A program made the translations under genes and the position numbers. Source: Camelus ferus (lineage: Eukaryota). Taken from it: a DNA stretch of 64,000 nt. The stretch lies in contig NC_045697.1 in NCBI RefSeq assembly GCF_009834535.1, positions 23,004,001 to 23,068,000 on the forward strand, read 5' to 3'. Numbering within the stretch: the stretch's first letter is position 1; each line of letters opens with the position of its first letter. Of the stretch, positions 37,201 through 51,009 are shown in pieces. A model generated the notes under the pieces. That model was not told where the DNA came from, ran no database searches, and saw only the letters and a list, made by a program, of their open reading frames with translations.

Positions 37201-37642
37201 GTTACCTAAAGCTACTATTCTCCTCCAAGCCACTTATCATTGACATTCAAATTCTCTCCTCTTCTTTCTACTTTTCCCCCCTAACATCTGAATGCAGTAT
37301 TTCTTTCCCTCCTTCTCTCATGTCCTCCAAGCAAGAAATGGGCCCACAACTCTACGAGACACAGGAAGCAACACAGCCTGTTTCTCAACTTCCTCCAACT
37401 TCGATTTCCAACTTACAGTTACTTGTATTTCTGTTCGTTATTGCAAGCTGAACAAGCTCAAAGGCTATGAAAGGTTTTGCCTTTGTACAGACACATTCTT
37501 TTATTTGTATTGATTGACTTTCTATCACATTCAGGATGCGCTTGTAAGTAACCAAAGGAACATAGGACAACTCAGGTAGGAATCATTTATTGGAGTAATA
37601 AGTAGCTTGTCAGAGACTATGAGAAATCACGTGCATGCAGCG

Positions 37643-38040
37643 CAGGGGTCTGCACACCACCACCCAGAGGCCAAATTCTAGTCTTGAGCACTTCTTTTTG
37701 TAAATAAAGTTCTCTTGGAATACAGCTACACCCATCCCTGTGCTCAGGAAAGAGCCTAGCATGAGGAAAGTAAGGCCTCAAAAGCACAATATTTAAAGAG
37801 GCGCTGACTTTCAGGGCCGACACTCCAATGACCCTATAAATAAGTGCCCCTTAAACTTTGCCCCAGGTACCTCACCCTTAACTCAACCCCCGGCTGGGCC
37901 AGGCCCTGCTTTTACATATTATCTGTACTGCTTTTGTTCTAGAACTGCAGAACTGAGTAATTTCCCCAGAGACTGGGTGGCCTGCAAATTTTAAAATACT
38001 TGCTATCTGGTCATTCATATCAACTTTTTACTAACCCCTG
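37643..38040 (+). mobile_element. hAT-Charlie MITE MER58A, split by a MER96-like insert
   Basis: Termini caggggtc...aacccctg; tttttgtaaataaagttctcttggaatacagctacacccat | ttttacatattatctg...aaaatacttgctatctgg. Confidence 0.8.
37745..37908. mobile_element. hAT-Tip100 palindromic MITE, MER96-like
   Basis: cagg...ccctg termini; the arms gcacaatatttaaagaggcgctgactttcagggcc and gaccctataaataagtgccccttaaactttgcccc are imperfect reverse complements. Confidence 0.75.
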
Positions 38041-38294
38041 ATTGAGAAGAATTCTTATTTGAGTCTAAATGAGTCATATATTTTTAGAGGTCTGGACAAA
38101 AGCTGGGCTGTCATTAGTGATGTCTCTATTTGTGGGTTCTGAGTCCTTAGGAAGATATCCAGTGGAGCAAAAACTGACCATGAAGATGGACCGAGTAACA
38201 TAAACTTAGCAGAAGAAAAGAAAAAAAACAAAATCTGAGGATAATGGCTGATGTTCCCATCTGCTCCCAGCTCAGCCTCCTCTTTCCTTAAAGT

Positions 38295-38545
38295 CTGCAG
38301 GCTCTGGAGTCAGACCACCTGGGTTCAGATCTTGGCGCTGCCATTTTGGAAGGATGTCACCCGAGGTAAGCTGCGTCACCTTCCTGGGGCTGAGTTTCTC
38401 CGTTTATAAAAGGGGACAGGGAGTGAAATTAATAGTGCCAGCCTCAGAGGTGGTGCACTTGGAGTCCACAAGACAATCCATGGAGAGAACTCAGAACAGG
38501 GTTTGGCACATCGTAAGGCAGCAGGTTGTCACTCAATATTAGTCC
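38295..38545 (+). mobile_element. Near full-length MIR SINE
   Basis: ggctctggagtcagaccacctgggttcagatcttggcgctgcca...ctcagaacagggtttggcacatcgtaagg. Confidence 0.8.
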
Positions 38546-39799
38546 TTAGCATTGTTGCTGACGCTGAAAGAGTGACGGGCCTGTCAGTAAAAGCAGAAGC
38601 AACAATTTTTACTAAATTTTGTAATAAACCAGGAGAATACATGACTGGAGTATGACGGCTCTTTCTGTAACATGTGATTAGAAGACACTCACCACTGCTT
38701 GTCTGCTGCACACAGCTGGGCTTTGGGTCACCACAATGGCTCAGGGCAGAGGACTCCAAAAGAACTTTGGGGCTTTTCTGGGAGAAAGGTGGGGCCCAAC
38801 GGTGTTCACGACGGGGTAACAGGCCAATTAAATCTGAGTTAACCTAGTTCATCATGCCTCATCCCTGTCAAAGCCGTGAGGACCTGTGGCCTCCTGGTTC
38901 CAAACAGTGTTACATAAGTCTCTAGAGGATGCTAATAAAAGGCATGGAGAGATTCATGGATATAATGCAACAAGAATTTAGATAAGGGAAAGATTACTTC
39001 CATGCGGGTATTACTATGACATCAGGAAAGACAGAATGACTACATTTTTTTAATCAGAACTTCCTTAGAAGGACCCAAAATGTATACATCACACTGATCT
39101 GAGCACTTGAAGGGGACCAGAGAGAGCTTGCAGATTCCTCGAGGACATGATTTAGGACATCAAATGGGACTACATGAGTCTATTACACAGAGTAATGAAT
39201 GCCCAACAATTTATTCCTTTAGACACATGATAAAATAAATGACTTAATAAATGTTCCTGTATCATGCCCTGGCTATTTCTGTTTGCCCTAACTGACATTA
39301 AAATACCATCATCTGCCCCACAGATTCTGGCTTTATCCTCACTGCTTTATACTGTCCGGTGAATTTCTTAAACCCTTTTCACTATTCATATCACCAAAGA
39401 GTCAAGTATATGGGCTTCTCTTGGGGTCTAATTACATTTTAATACTTTTGTTGGGATTTTTTAATTTCTCTTTTGTCACAATTAACTGATTTTTGTTGGA
39501 AGCAGAGTTTAGAGAAAATGTTTCTAGTTTAGGATATGAAGGTTGTTTATAAAGTTTGCCATGAATTTAAGTAGTTATTTGAATAAACATGATAAAAATA
39601 GTTAAAAGTTACAAGCATTATTTTATATTCTCCTTACACTTCTCAGATTTATGTTTAATATGTTTGATTATATAATTCTATGCTCTCTCTGTTTGGAGGA
39701 AAGTGTTAAAGTCAACTGAAAACGTCTCCAATTTGTAATTCGTGAGATCTGCTCATTATCACCCAAAGCATTTTGGTCAATAAAAACAACAGTTATATC

Positions 39800-40012
39800 T
39801 TATCTAAATTTGAGAGCTTATAATATGCCGGGTAGTGTTCAAAATGACTTGCACATCTTGAGCTACTCAACAAAACAGCTCTTGCATTCGGTGCCATATT
39901 GTATCATTCCTAAATGTTCGGTGACCAAAACAGCTTAAGAATCTTCTCCAAAGTCATGAAACCAGGAAATTAGAGAGTTGGGATTAGACTGTATTATGAA
40001 CCCAGGGTTCAA
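39800..40012 (-). mobile_element. MIR SINE
   Basis: tttgagagcttataatatgccgggtagtgttcaaaatgacttgcaca...tctccaaagtcat...gagttgggattag. Confidence 0.5.
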
Positions 40013-43000
40013 GGGCTTACTCACTGCTAGCCTCACCATTAAATATATATAAAATGTTATGAAAATATTGTTCTGGCCTGCGTTTGGAAACACATACACT
40101 GGTTTCCTTGAAGGATTTTTGCTTCATTTTTATTCTGGAACAACTGGCTTGAAAACAAAAGGAAAGGGGGAAAAAAAAAAACAGAATCTGTTGTGGCCAC
40201 CTGGGCCAACAGACTAAAGGATTTGCCATCCCCTGTTTTATTCCTGCCCACCTCAGCACTTTCAGTCTCGGGGGCATGCTGTTGCTCTTAATCATAAATT
40301 GAGAATGAGAAGCAGAATAATTAAAGACCAAACGGTAATTATGAGCAAGATCTAAAGGGAGCAAAACTAACACTGAGTATAGGCCTTCAGTTTCCTATTA
40401 GTGCGTTTAGGATTAGCTATAAACAGCCTTGTTAAACTCAATTAAATAGTTCATCTGAAGGATTTTTCTTATTAGCACAGGCTGAGTGATTTGACTTTTA
40501 GTACTATGTCCCTTCTTACTCACAAATATTTTTCCAATATCCACTTTGTCTTCTAAGTTTTTTGGTTTTTTTTTTTTTACTTTTCACAGTGCCATATAAG
40601 AGCCTTTCTTGAAAGATACTGTTTGGCATGTAAGAGTTTTTGATAATGCTCTTAGAAATGTTGTCTGTTCCAAGGACACCTGGAGGTATTTCAAAACATT
40701 TTAAAATGTGAAAAAGTAGATTTCCAAGATAATGTCATGTAGCTTGGTTTGAGGTGTGACAGAATACAGACACAGAGATGCTCAACAGAAATATAATTCC
40801 TGGTCAGATGGAGCTGCTTTGTTTAGAATATCTATTGCTTTCTCTAAACCACAACATTGGCACCTTTTGTAAGTTCAATGACTATCTGAGAGTAATACAA
40901 TGTCAAATCTGCGGTCTCTGTTATCTTTTTTTTTATCTTTTTTTTTTTTTTTTGAGGCCAAGATAATAAAATTATTTGAACTGTTTTTTGGTTTTTTCTC
41001 CACATATTATACAACTAGAAATAACTCATTTTCAACATCTGTTGAAACAGATTGAGAGACATTTTGGCAAATGTGTTATCACATGTTACTATGAAATAGC
41101 ATTTCAAATCACTCTAAATGGAAATGAAATTTGAAGGCTCCAGAATGCTGTGTGCTATATCTGTATACAGACTCAGTGGGTTCTACGCTGGTTTGTCAAT
41201 AAAAAAGCTATGGTAAATACTTTCTGATACTGGAAATATTTTCTTTATTTTATTTGTGCAACTAACAGATATTACTTTACTTTAGTTGTCATGTCAAGTT
41301 TGTTGAAAATATTCCTCAATCGTTATGCTTCCAGTGGAGTTATAATGTAAAAGTATTTCTTACATAGTATAGATACTTGAAAATGTAACATAGAGATATA
41401 CTCTTAAATATCTGAAGTTAAATCACAAAGTTAAAGTAATGTTTCCATATTTGCACAGGAAATAAATGGAGTGACTGCAACTACTTGTGAGACAAATTTT
41501 AGACTTCTTTCCATTTTCACACATTCTAACTTAGTAGAAATTCAATTATACCATTTCCTGTTTAATTGACAATTCCATTGTCTACACCTTTGTACATGTT
41601 TGTTTTTTAAACAAATGACTAAATAAATGAAAATAAATACACCACATGGTTGTGTATAAGCTATCATGAAGTAAGGTGATTGTTAAATTAACAAAGCAGA
41701 AAATATTGTTTGATATTAAAAAAGAGTCTTGGTAAGCAATGCATTCTAATTGGCTGAATAATTATAATATCAGTTTCTCCAATAATATGGAAATTCCAGC
41801 ATTCTAAGTCTCCAATTCTGTCACTAAAACCATTCCTAATAAAATAGAATATAAAAAATTCTCAAACTTGACAAAATGATCTTAAATATTCTTTGTTTTT
41901 TTAAGGGGGAAAGATACTGTTAGACTCAGATTTTATTAATTTACATATTTATACTTAATGCATGATTGCTAGATTTCCTCTATACTAAAAAGCTCAACCT
42001 GTCAATTATGTACTAATCTCAATTAAAATGCACAATTAATGCACAGTTATTTTTTAATGACATTAATTCATCTCTGGGGAATTTTATTTTCATTGTAACA
42101 TAAGCATGGAATAGGTAGATTACTTGTCAATATTAAAACATTGTTTGATTAGCCAAAAAAAAAAAAAAAAAGGAAAAAAAATACCTTGATGATGTTCATT
42201 AACTGAGATATGATGGAATAAATTATGGTACAACTATGCTATGGAATATCATGCTGTTATCAAAAATTTTAATAAATAGATTCTTGTATATTGGCCTAGA
42301 AAAAAGATGCACAATTATTACTATCTAAACGAATGAAATTAAGTACTGGAAATGAATGCTTTTGATTATTTGCCTGTGACTTAGTAGAGTCTTACCTAAA
42401 CTCCAGCTAACTCAGTTCATAGGTGATAGAAATTCAAGCATTAAGCAAAGTTGCAAGAATAAAACAATTAAGAAAATATCATTCTTGGACTTTCTTATTA
42501 GTTTTTTCTTATGTATCTAAATATTGAGTTTGATAGCATTTTCTTGAACTTTGACAGATATTTGAATTTATGAGATATAGCTATCTTAGAAAAATAACCC
42601 TTTGGGGCACTAGCACGTCGCACTATTTCTATACTACATAACATTCAGTTACCATATTTGACTTATTAGGTACACATTGATTATCTTTAAAAATAATAAC
42701 AATAATAATCTGCTTATTGCTAAAACTTGCATATTTTTTGCATACTTAGCACTTGCAGAGTTAGCGCCTAAAACACTTTGAATGAATATTTGCAACAAAT
42801 TGATTATAAAGTAGAGTGTGGGAGTTTTGCAGAGGAAAATTTATCTCAGCCTTATTTTAAATTGCTTGATCTATTTTTCTTAAAATTTTATACTACAGCT
42901 AATATTTTCCACTCCTGGTTCCAGGACAGAGGTGGTTAGCTTCCAAAGTCATAAATTAATGACATTCAGAACTTTCCAATTAGGAAACTGGAGGAAGTAT

Positions 43001-44624
43001 GTGGTTTCATTTTTGTCCATGGGCCACAAAAATTCTAATGTGGGTGAATTTCAAAATTCAGATTTTGCCTGTAGCTATTCTTTAGGGAGGAAAAGTTGTT
43101 AATAAATGTTTTAGTGTGAAGATAAATGCTTTTTCTAAAAAAATCATTTTTATTCTCATAAAATCAACACTGAACTATTTATATTGTTTGTTATAAAATA
43201 ATGGAGTATAAGATAGCTGTATCTTAGCAAACAGCCTCCACCACACTTCTGTGTGTTATATTCAAATAATTGACCTTAAAAATATTTGTTTTTCCACTTT
43301 CATTAAACAGAGACTTGTCTTAATTGTATATTCTCTTCTATTTGATTTGGAAGAGATGACCTGAGTACTTTTGGAAATGTAAAATAATGAAGTTAATGGT
43401 CTGTTAGAAAAATTTCTGTTTCAGGTTGGATTGTCATTAGATAAAACTTATCCTAAACATTTTATTTCAATTAAAGAAGATTGAAACTATTTTAGAAAAT
43501 TGATCCACCATTACCGCAGTTCTAGCCTTTCATTGATTTAACGTCAATGTCCCAAATGGGACTGAAATTCCATAAACTAAATGAGAGACACATGTTTCCC
43601 TTTGTAAGTTTTTTTCACCAGAAAATATGAAGCTGAAAATTCACTCTCAAACTGGGTGAATAGTCATGATAGACTTTAGATGAGAATTTTTACAATTATA
43701 TCCCAAAACAGAGACGTCTACCTAATATGAGAGAGAGCAGCAATACACATTCAGATAAAGCTATTCAGAAATTATTTCTCTAGGGCTCTCCTATGCACAG
43801 AAAACTGAAAAGAAATCAGCTTTTGCAGCTCATGCCACCTTCAGTTTTGAGTGAGATTTTCTAATTTATTAAACATTTTAGAAATCAATGAACTGATCAC
43901 TATTTTATTCACTTAGGGAAACTGAGAGTCACTTATGAGAACATGTGAAGACATAAATGCCACACACATTGTAAATTAAAGTATAAAGATTCACAGGTTT
44001 AATTAAAAATGACACCAAAAAAACTGAAATTCCAATAGCACTCTTCATCAACAGTCAAACTTCAATGGATGTGTTCTCTTGAATCAAAAGCATTAACAAG
44101 CTTTTAAGAATCATAGCTCGTGAAACAATGCCAAATTGATATACTGGCCAAGAAAGCTATTATTTAATAAATTAAGGAAATATACACAGCACATGAGAAA
44201 TTCAAATCCTTCTCCCAGTGAAAACTCTCTGTCTTGGGATTGTTAATTAAGTGAGGCGACACTTTCCTCCAGCATTATCTCTAACCTCTCTTATGTGATA
44301 TTCATTATTCATAGTTTTGGTCTTGACTTGTGGATAATTATGGTCGAAGTCCTAATTCTGAAGTGTTTCTTAATCACTTCATTCTTCCTCTTATTAGCTG
44401 TACTTTACATAAGAGACCACTGAGTGCCAATTCATTTTGCACCGAAAGGTCAGTTTTATCTAAAAGTAACAAACTGTATTTTGTTTGATTTTTCTAGTAA
44501 GAAGAATGGAAGACCTTCTAAAATTATTATTGTAAGATAATTCATATGCTTTCCAGGAATTTCTCTGGCTACCAGACCGAATCTTTTTAGAGATTATGTT
44601 GTGGTAACAAAAGTAAGTATGTAC

Positions 44625-45126
44625 TGTTGTGGGACAAGGCAGACGGGGACTGTGGGCAGTAAAAGAATTTATTAGAAACAAAGAAAAATGACAGAAAGTT
44701 TTATTAGATATGCTGCTCAAGGCAACAGCGAGGAGACAGACTAGAGATGTCTGTGTGCCCTGAGGGCAGAATCTTAAGAGTTTTTTATAAGGAAGGACGA
44801 GACCATCTATGTGCTGTGCTCTAAGGAAGGGGGTCTTGTTGAAGGCTTCCAGACATTAATTGATCTTAAGGACTTAAGTTTGTTATGCCTGGGGAAGAAA
44901 CAGTTTATCTTTAGGAGGAGGTAGGTGGTCTGTATGCTTGAGGAATTTGGAGGGAGGGGCTTTGTTGGGTCATAACTCAGGGTTGTTAGTTGGGCTAAAA
45001 CAATTACATGTTGGGAGAGGAATGTTCTTTGTGTTTTCTGGTTTATGTCTTCCTGACATGAGTGATTAGGGTGCAGGCAGATATCTTATGACTGGAGTCC
45101 CATTTGGCTCTCTGTGGGGTCCCTCA
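44625..45126 (-). mobile_element. Probable solo LTR (ERV1-like, unclassified)
   Basis: Minus strand begins TGAGGGACCCC and ends CCCACAACA; TATAAAA on minus near 44783-44789 and AATAAA on minus near 44668 and 44700; GC-richer than the flanks; no TSD found. Confidence 0.6.
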
Positions 45127-45152
45127 CTTGTCCTTGAACCCCACTCATACTT

Positions 45153-45535
45153 TCATATGGGCAGAATGATATCCCCCTCAAATTCATATACTGAAGCCTT
45201 CATCCCCAGTGCACCTGTATTAGGGGATAGGGATCATAGGAGGTAATTAACATTAAACAAGGTCTTAGGGTGGGGTCCTAATTAGACAGAATCGGTGGCC
45301 TTATAAGAATAGAAAGAGAAATCTTTTTCTTCACATGCCTGCCCTGAGGAAGGGCAATGTCAGCACACAGCAAGAAAGCAGTTGTCTGCAAAGCAAGGAG
45401 AGAGCTCTCACCAGAAACTGAATCAGCTGGCACCTTAATCTTGGATGCCCCAGCCTCTAGAACCATTAAGAAATAAATTTCTGCTCCTTAAGCCACACAG
45501 TATAATAGTTTGTTATGGAAGCCCAAGCTGAGACA
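45153..45535 (+). mobile_element. MaLR solo LTR, MLT1A/MLT1A0-like
   Basis: caaattcatatactgaagcc...agggtggggtcctaat...ctggcaccttaatcttgga...cagcctctagaac...aataaatttctg; TSD tactt/tgctt (4 of 5). Confidence 0.85.
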
Positions 45536-47669
45536 TGCTTGTATTTCATATTATTAAACAAATCATCTAAAAAATTTTTATATTTAGATTTCTTCCTTCT
45601 TTCCAACAGAAGCCAAAATGCTTCCTCTCACTAACCCTCACACCCTGCAACATACAGATCAGTGCTGGAATCCTAACTCTGCTCCTCACTGGCTCTGTGG
45701 TTTAGGTGATTTATTTAATTTATGTGAATTGACAAGAGGTATTGTTATTAATACAAACTAAGAAAAAATGTGCTCTAGATTGTCTATATGTTATTTATGA
45801 TCCTTGTTTGTAATCTTTGATTGTTCGGGCTTACATAGTTACCAGATGCAGCATAATGCATACCGTTTATTCCATCACATCAAAATTGTAGATTTTTAAT
45901 ACTGATGTTTGTTTTAAGTGGGCATTAGAACTACCGGTATGTTTTAAATGATGTTTACTTTATCAACTGTGCTTATAAATATAATTAATCATGAGTTTAA
46001 GTTTTGAGTTACTTAAATCTCAAAAATATATCTAAAAGTAAATCTTACACGTGTTTATATTTTTAAGCATGACATAAACTTTTATAACATGTTTCTAAAG
46101 ATTTTGCTTCAGGGAACATCTTTATATTGAAAATAAATTTTCCATCTAAATAGATATTTTTTGTATATTCACAATATGAGAGCAAACTACGTAAATTCAA
46201 CTGAATAGGAATTTTAAGGACTTTGCATAAGTATCAAATATCCATTATAATTATTAAAATATTTTATTTTCTAATCTCTCCAACAATCTGGATTCTGATC
46301 TCCTTGGAAAATTATTTCATATCACTACTTTGGTTAAGCCTTCTAATCTAAAGCTTTTTCTATTTTCTTTAGGAATATTTATACTTTGTTATAAAAATGC
46401 TTCCATATCATAGTGGACCCAACTGAATTAACTGCAGTCTTTAAATGATTGCATTCTGTGCTGGTTCATAAATCATAAGTGCTGGAAAACACTTACAGGG
46501 TTAAGCTTTCAATTTCAGCTAACATTCTTAAATTTTACCATACCAAACTAGGAGTAATTAAGAATATAAATATCTAATCATTTTAGGTCCTTTTCTTTTT
46601 CTCTGAGTATCATTGTTCTCATAATCTATTGAAGTCAAATTTTCAACTCCATCACATTCTTTGTGGTATATATGATAACCCAGAGTTTTACAAAATAATA
46701 GGGGATTTTTGCATACATTATATAATCTGACCATAATAAGAACACTTTTATGAAGTAGTTGAGGTTTCAATACATAACCCATATCAGAAGCATTCAGGGA
46801 TATTCTTAGAACAGTAGTTGATTTTCAAGTGGGAATTCAAGTCAAGACTTTCTATGCTTGAACTCAGAGAGAGGTAATAGCAAAAGAATGTCATACAAGA
46901 CCACACAGATGCTAAAAATGTTACTAGATATTAGCTAGAGAAATATGGAAAATACATTGAGCATGTAAAGTAACCATTCATTCTATCTAGTTTCTAATGT
47001 TATTTGGTAAATATGCAAGTTTTGAAACTATGACTTGGTTTCACTGAACTGCAAAATGATCATAAAACTATCTGACCTTATTGAGAGCCTACTGTGATCA
47101 AGGGCGTTTGATTAGGTCTGAGGGAGTGCGAGTGATATGCAAAAATACATGAACTATGTTTTTTGCCTTAAGGATTGTCAAGGTGAAAGAAAAAAACAGT
47201 AAAATTACACAAATAGATTGGATCAGCTGGTGCACTTCAGAGAGAACCTGAACCTGGGTAACTCCCAGAGCCAACAGAGCTAAGCAGGACTGGAACTGTA
47301 TGCTGTGAGGGAAGAGAAGGCTGTGCGAATTGGGGCCTTTCCCAGGTTGCTATTTTCTTTATCTCTAACTGCTGCAAAACTTGTGGTTGGTACAGTTGGG
47401 AGATTATTTGTTTTTCATATCTCTTACTCAGAATCTTTGTACAATCTTATTTTGGCAGCTATCAGAATAGTTTCTTTGAGAACCATCTTTCTAAGACTTG
47501 TTGGTTGTCAGTAAAGTACCTGATGTCAGTAGAGTTTCAGGCAAGTGGGATTAGAAGCAAAAAAAAGGGGGCGAAAGAAGAGAAACAAAAGGAAAAAAAA
47601 GGAAAAGAAAGGAGTCAAGGGATGAAGCTAGGAAAGTTGGGATCTGTTTTAACTCTTTCATAGAAGATT

Positions 47670-47845
47670 ATGAGTTAAAAAATGAAGGGATTAAATCCTG
47701 TGCGCTCTGCTTACTTTATCTCTGAACCCAAGCAAAAATGTTAAGATTCTTGGTCATCAATATCATCATCTGTAAAGCAAAAATAAAAGTTACTGTTAAA
47801 TTCTTATAACATAATATATTTGAAAGTGTTCTGTAAACCATCTTT
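47670..47845 (+). mobile_element. MIR SINE
   Basis: ttaaatcctgtgcgctctgcttact...tcatcatctgtaaagcaaaaataa...tgaaagtgttctgtaaac. Confidence 0.5.
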
Positions 47846-48554
47846 TGTATAATGATAAATAGAAATAAGGGTATATTATTGTCATTGTCATTCAGACATT
47901 TCAAACTATAGGTTTAAAAGAAAAAAAAAGTCTTTATAAAAATTGTGATAGAAAACTGAATGATCAAAATAACTGTTGCATTGTTTTATACATACGAATT
48001 TTCCAAAAGACTTAATTCGGTTCTGATGGTGAATAGTTAGGATGGTTGGAGATAATAATCTATTGGAAAGTTAATAGTATGCTTAAAAGAAGATCAATGG
48101 CACAGCAAATGCTAACCTTAGTTTTAAAGTAAGTAATACAGAAGAGATCCAGATTGTTATCTATGGCTAAGAAATTCCTGAGAGAGGAAGGAAATCCATT
48201 GATAACAAAGGAGGAATTATTAAAATTGCTTTGCAGTACTTCAGTATACTGTTGTGACATCAATCTTATTTTAGCATCATTTTATCATTTATAAAAGCCT
48301 GACTGTTTAAGAAATCTTACTTGAAATTTCTATCTATCTTGTATTGTAGGTGGATCAGGTAACAGGGTCATTATTTTGGAGTGGAGAAAAATGACAACTA
48401 TTCAAAAACCTCTTCCAAACTTATTTATCCAGTCTCTCCTGATAGTGGAATAACTATTCACTCTAACACTTAGCCCAGCACTTTTTTTTCCACTATTCGA
48501 ATTACATGCTAGGTGGGCACAGCTAATACAGTAGACGTGGTTTTCTTTTTATTT

Positions 48555-49650
48555 ATGTAACAATCATTGTAACTATTTCATGTCAGATATCACACTAGAC
48601 ACTGGATGCAGAGGTGAATGAAGACCACATGGTGATTATGCTCATAAAGCTTACATTCCAGTAGAAGGAAACCGACAGTAAACAGATTAAAAAATTAAAC
48701 AATCCTCTGAAGTATAAGGAAGGGAATGCTGTGATAGCTAAAGTCAGAATGAACTGATTGTGATGGGATTATAAGAGAAAACCTGTCTGAGTGGATAAAT
48801 TCACGCTGGACTTGAACAATACCAAAGAAACAGTAATATTGAGTAAAGATATTTGAGAACAGAGAACATAAGCTGTGCAAAGAAATTAATATGGAAAAAA
48901 TACACAAATGGTGGTCAATTTTCAGAGACATACAGTGACCGATGTGGCTAGAGAAACTGAGCGATGGTTAGGTAACTAGAGATGGAAAAGGGGAAGCAAA
49001 CAAGGAACAGGTCCTAAAGGATCATGTATAGATTTCAGAAGGAGGTAAGAATTTGAATTTATTTTAATGTATTGGTAACAAATTAAAATTTTCTTTATTA
49101 TATATATATTTATTTTTAAAAACAGCTTTCTTGTGATACAACTCACATAACATGAAACTGTTTAAAGAGTACAATTCAATGTTTTTTATTTTATTCATGA
49201 GTTATAAAAGTATCAAAGTAATTTAATTTTACAATATGTTCATTACCTCAAAAAGAAACCCTGTACCTACTAGCAGTCACCCTCCTCTAAATCACTCCCC
49301 TGAAACATACACAATCACTAATGACATTCAAAATTTGAATAATAAAGATGATTAAGGAATGGCCTCTGAAATAAAGAGAACTAAGAAAATTTGTCAGGAA
49401 TAAGAGAATAACTATCTGCATCAATTGTGGTTAAATGACTGAGTTAGGTGTATAAATAAGTGTGTTCATCATATTTGGGAGCATTGAGCCTATAGGTCAT
49501 TTTGGAAATAGCATTCAATGGAAATTGTGGGTAAGGGACCAAGATCATATGTTGAAGAATTAACTAAGATACTAGAGAAATACAAGCAAACATCTTCTTG
49601 AATAAGTTTGTCTACAAACAGGAAGTAGAAAACAGAGAAATAACTGGTAG
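48555..49650 (-). mobile_element. L2 fragment interrupted by a short L1 3' end
   Basis: actatttcatgtcagatatcacactagacactggatgcagaggtgaatgaagac...ctcataaagcttacattccagtagaagg...gtaaacag. Confidence 0.55.
49115..49322 (-). mobile_element. L1 (L1MB-like) 3' terminal fragment
   Basis: aacagctttcttgtgatacaactcacata...tttaaagagtacaattcaatg...ttcattacctcaaaaagaaaccctgtacctactagcagtcac. Confidence 0.75.
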
Positions 49651-51009
49651 GAAGTGAATTATCCATGTTATGGTTGGTTTTGTGTATTCAATATGTCTGT
49701 ATATATAATTCATAAAGTAATAAAAATACCAGATTTTTTTTTCCCTACTCCCCTGTACTTAAATATTATTCAGGGAATTAGCTTTCCTTGTTTTTGCACA
49801 ACAACTTTATCTAGACCCAAGACTTTACTGTTTGCTCTTAAGAAATATACTGTCCTAAATATAGTTTTAGAAACAAGCACAAGTCTTGATTCAGAAAATA
49901 GAATGTCCAGTTCCATGTTATAAACAAAATTCCAAATTCCACAAACCTACAGCTGGGCAGAGAAGAATGGAGGCAGGACAGTTCTTACTTAAATAGGAAA
50001 TTCCCTAAGCTGTCTTTGCTGTTTTGGAATCTAACAGTTGCTTATATGTATAACCCTTTCTCCCCAGGCAGCTTCTGTAAGCTTCTGCCTTACCCTGGCT
50101 CTACCAAGGGCTCCTGCCTAACTTTCTCTACTACAATTGTCTTGAACTTACATGGAAAAATTTCTATTCCAAGTGATGATTCACGAATCCTTCTTTAGCC
50201 TTGGGCATCTAATGGTACATCTCTGGCCTCTTTCTGTTCATATTTCCTTGCCCCTCTAGGTCACAAGATGGCAATACACACTGTCTTTCTATAAAGCAAA
50301 AGACCTGCATCCGGCCCATGGGTACACAGATGCATGCTTAGTTTGCTCAAAGTCTGAGAGAACACTCTGTTCTCTCTGCTATTCTCTGTTCACAGTCACG
50401 GATGCAGTAAGGCACCATTTCCTACTCTCTGTATTTCAGTGGTGGGACTCAGACCTTCAGCCACAGCTCACTTTACTATTCACCGGTGCAAGCAAGACTC
50501 CAGTTCTCAGTTTCTCTCATCAAAAGGGAACTGTTTTAAAACTTGCTAGGTGCTCTTCATGAAACCCTCTTTCAGTAGATTTGACATTAGACTGTAGCAT
50601 AATCATTTCTTTTCCCCAAAGGGTAGGGGGAGACTCAGAGCACAAGAACTGCTTTCTCTCTTCTTTCCTTTCTCACCCCATGGTATACCATCCATCTGAG
50701 TTGTCAACACATTGTGGAAGAAATTCTTTACATTCTTGTTTCAATTCTTCTTACAAAAAAGGGGTTTTACCCCACACTCCCTTTAGATACTGACACTTCA
50801 GTTGACGGAGGTCAGGAGAATCCCATCCCAGCAGTGTCCATTTGTTTCCAGGATGGGAGCTTATAAATAACTAGAGGAATTATTTATCCCAGATAAATTG
50901 CTATAGCTATGATCTTGCAGTTGGGATATTAAAAGTAAATAGAGAGAATAATGTCTAATCTAAATATTGTTGAAGGGATAAATGCAAGCCAAAATAAATA
51001 TGCAAGAGA

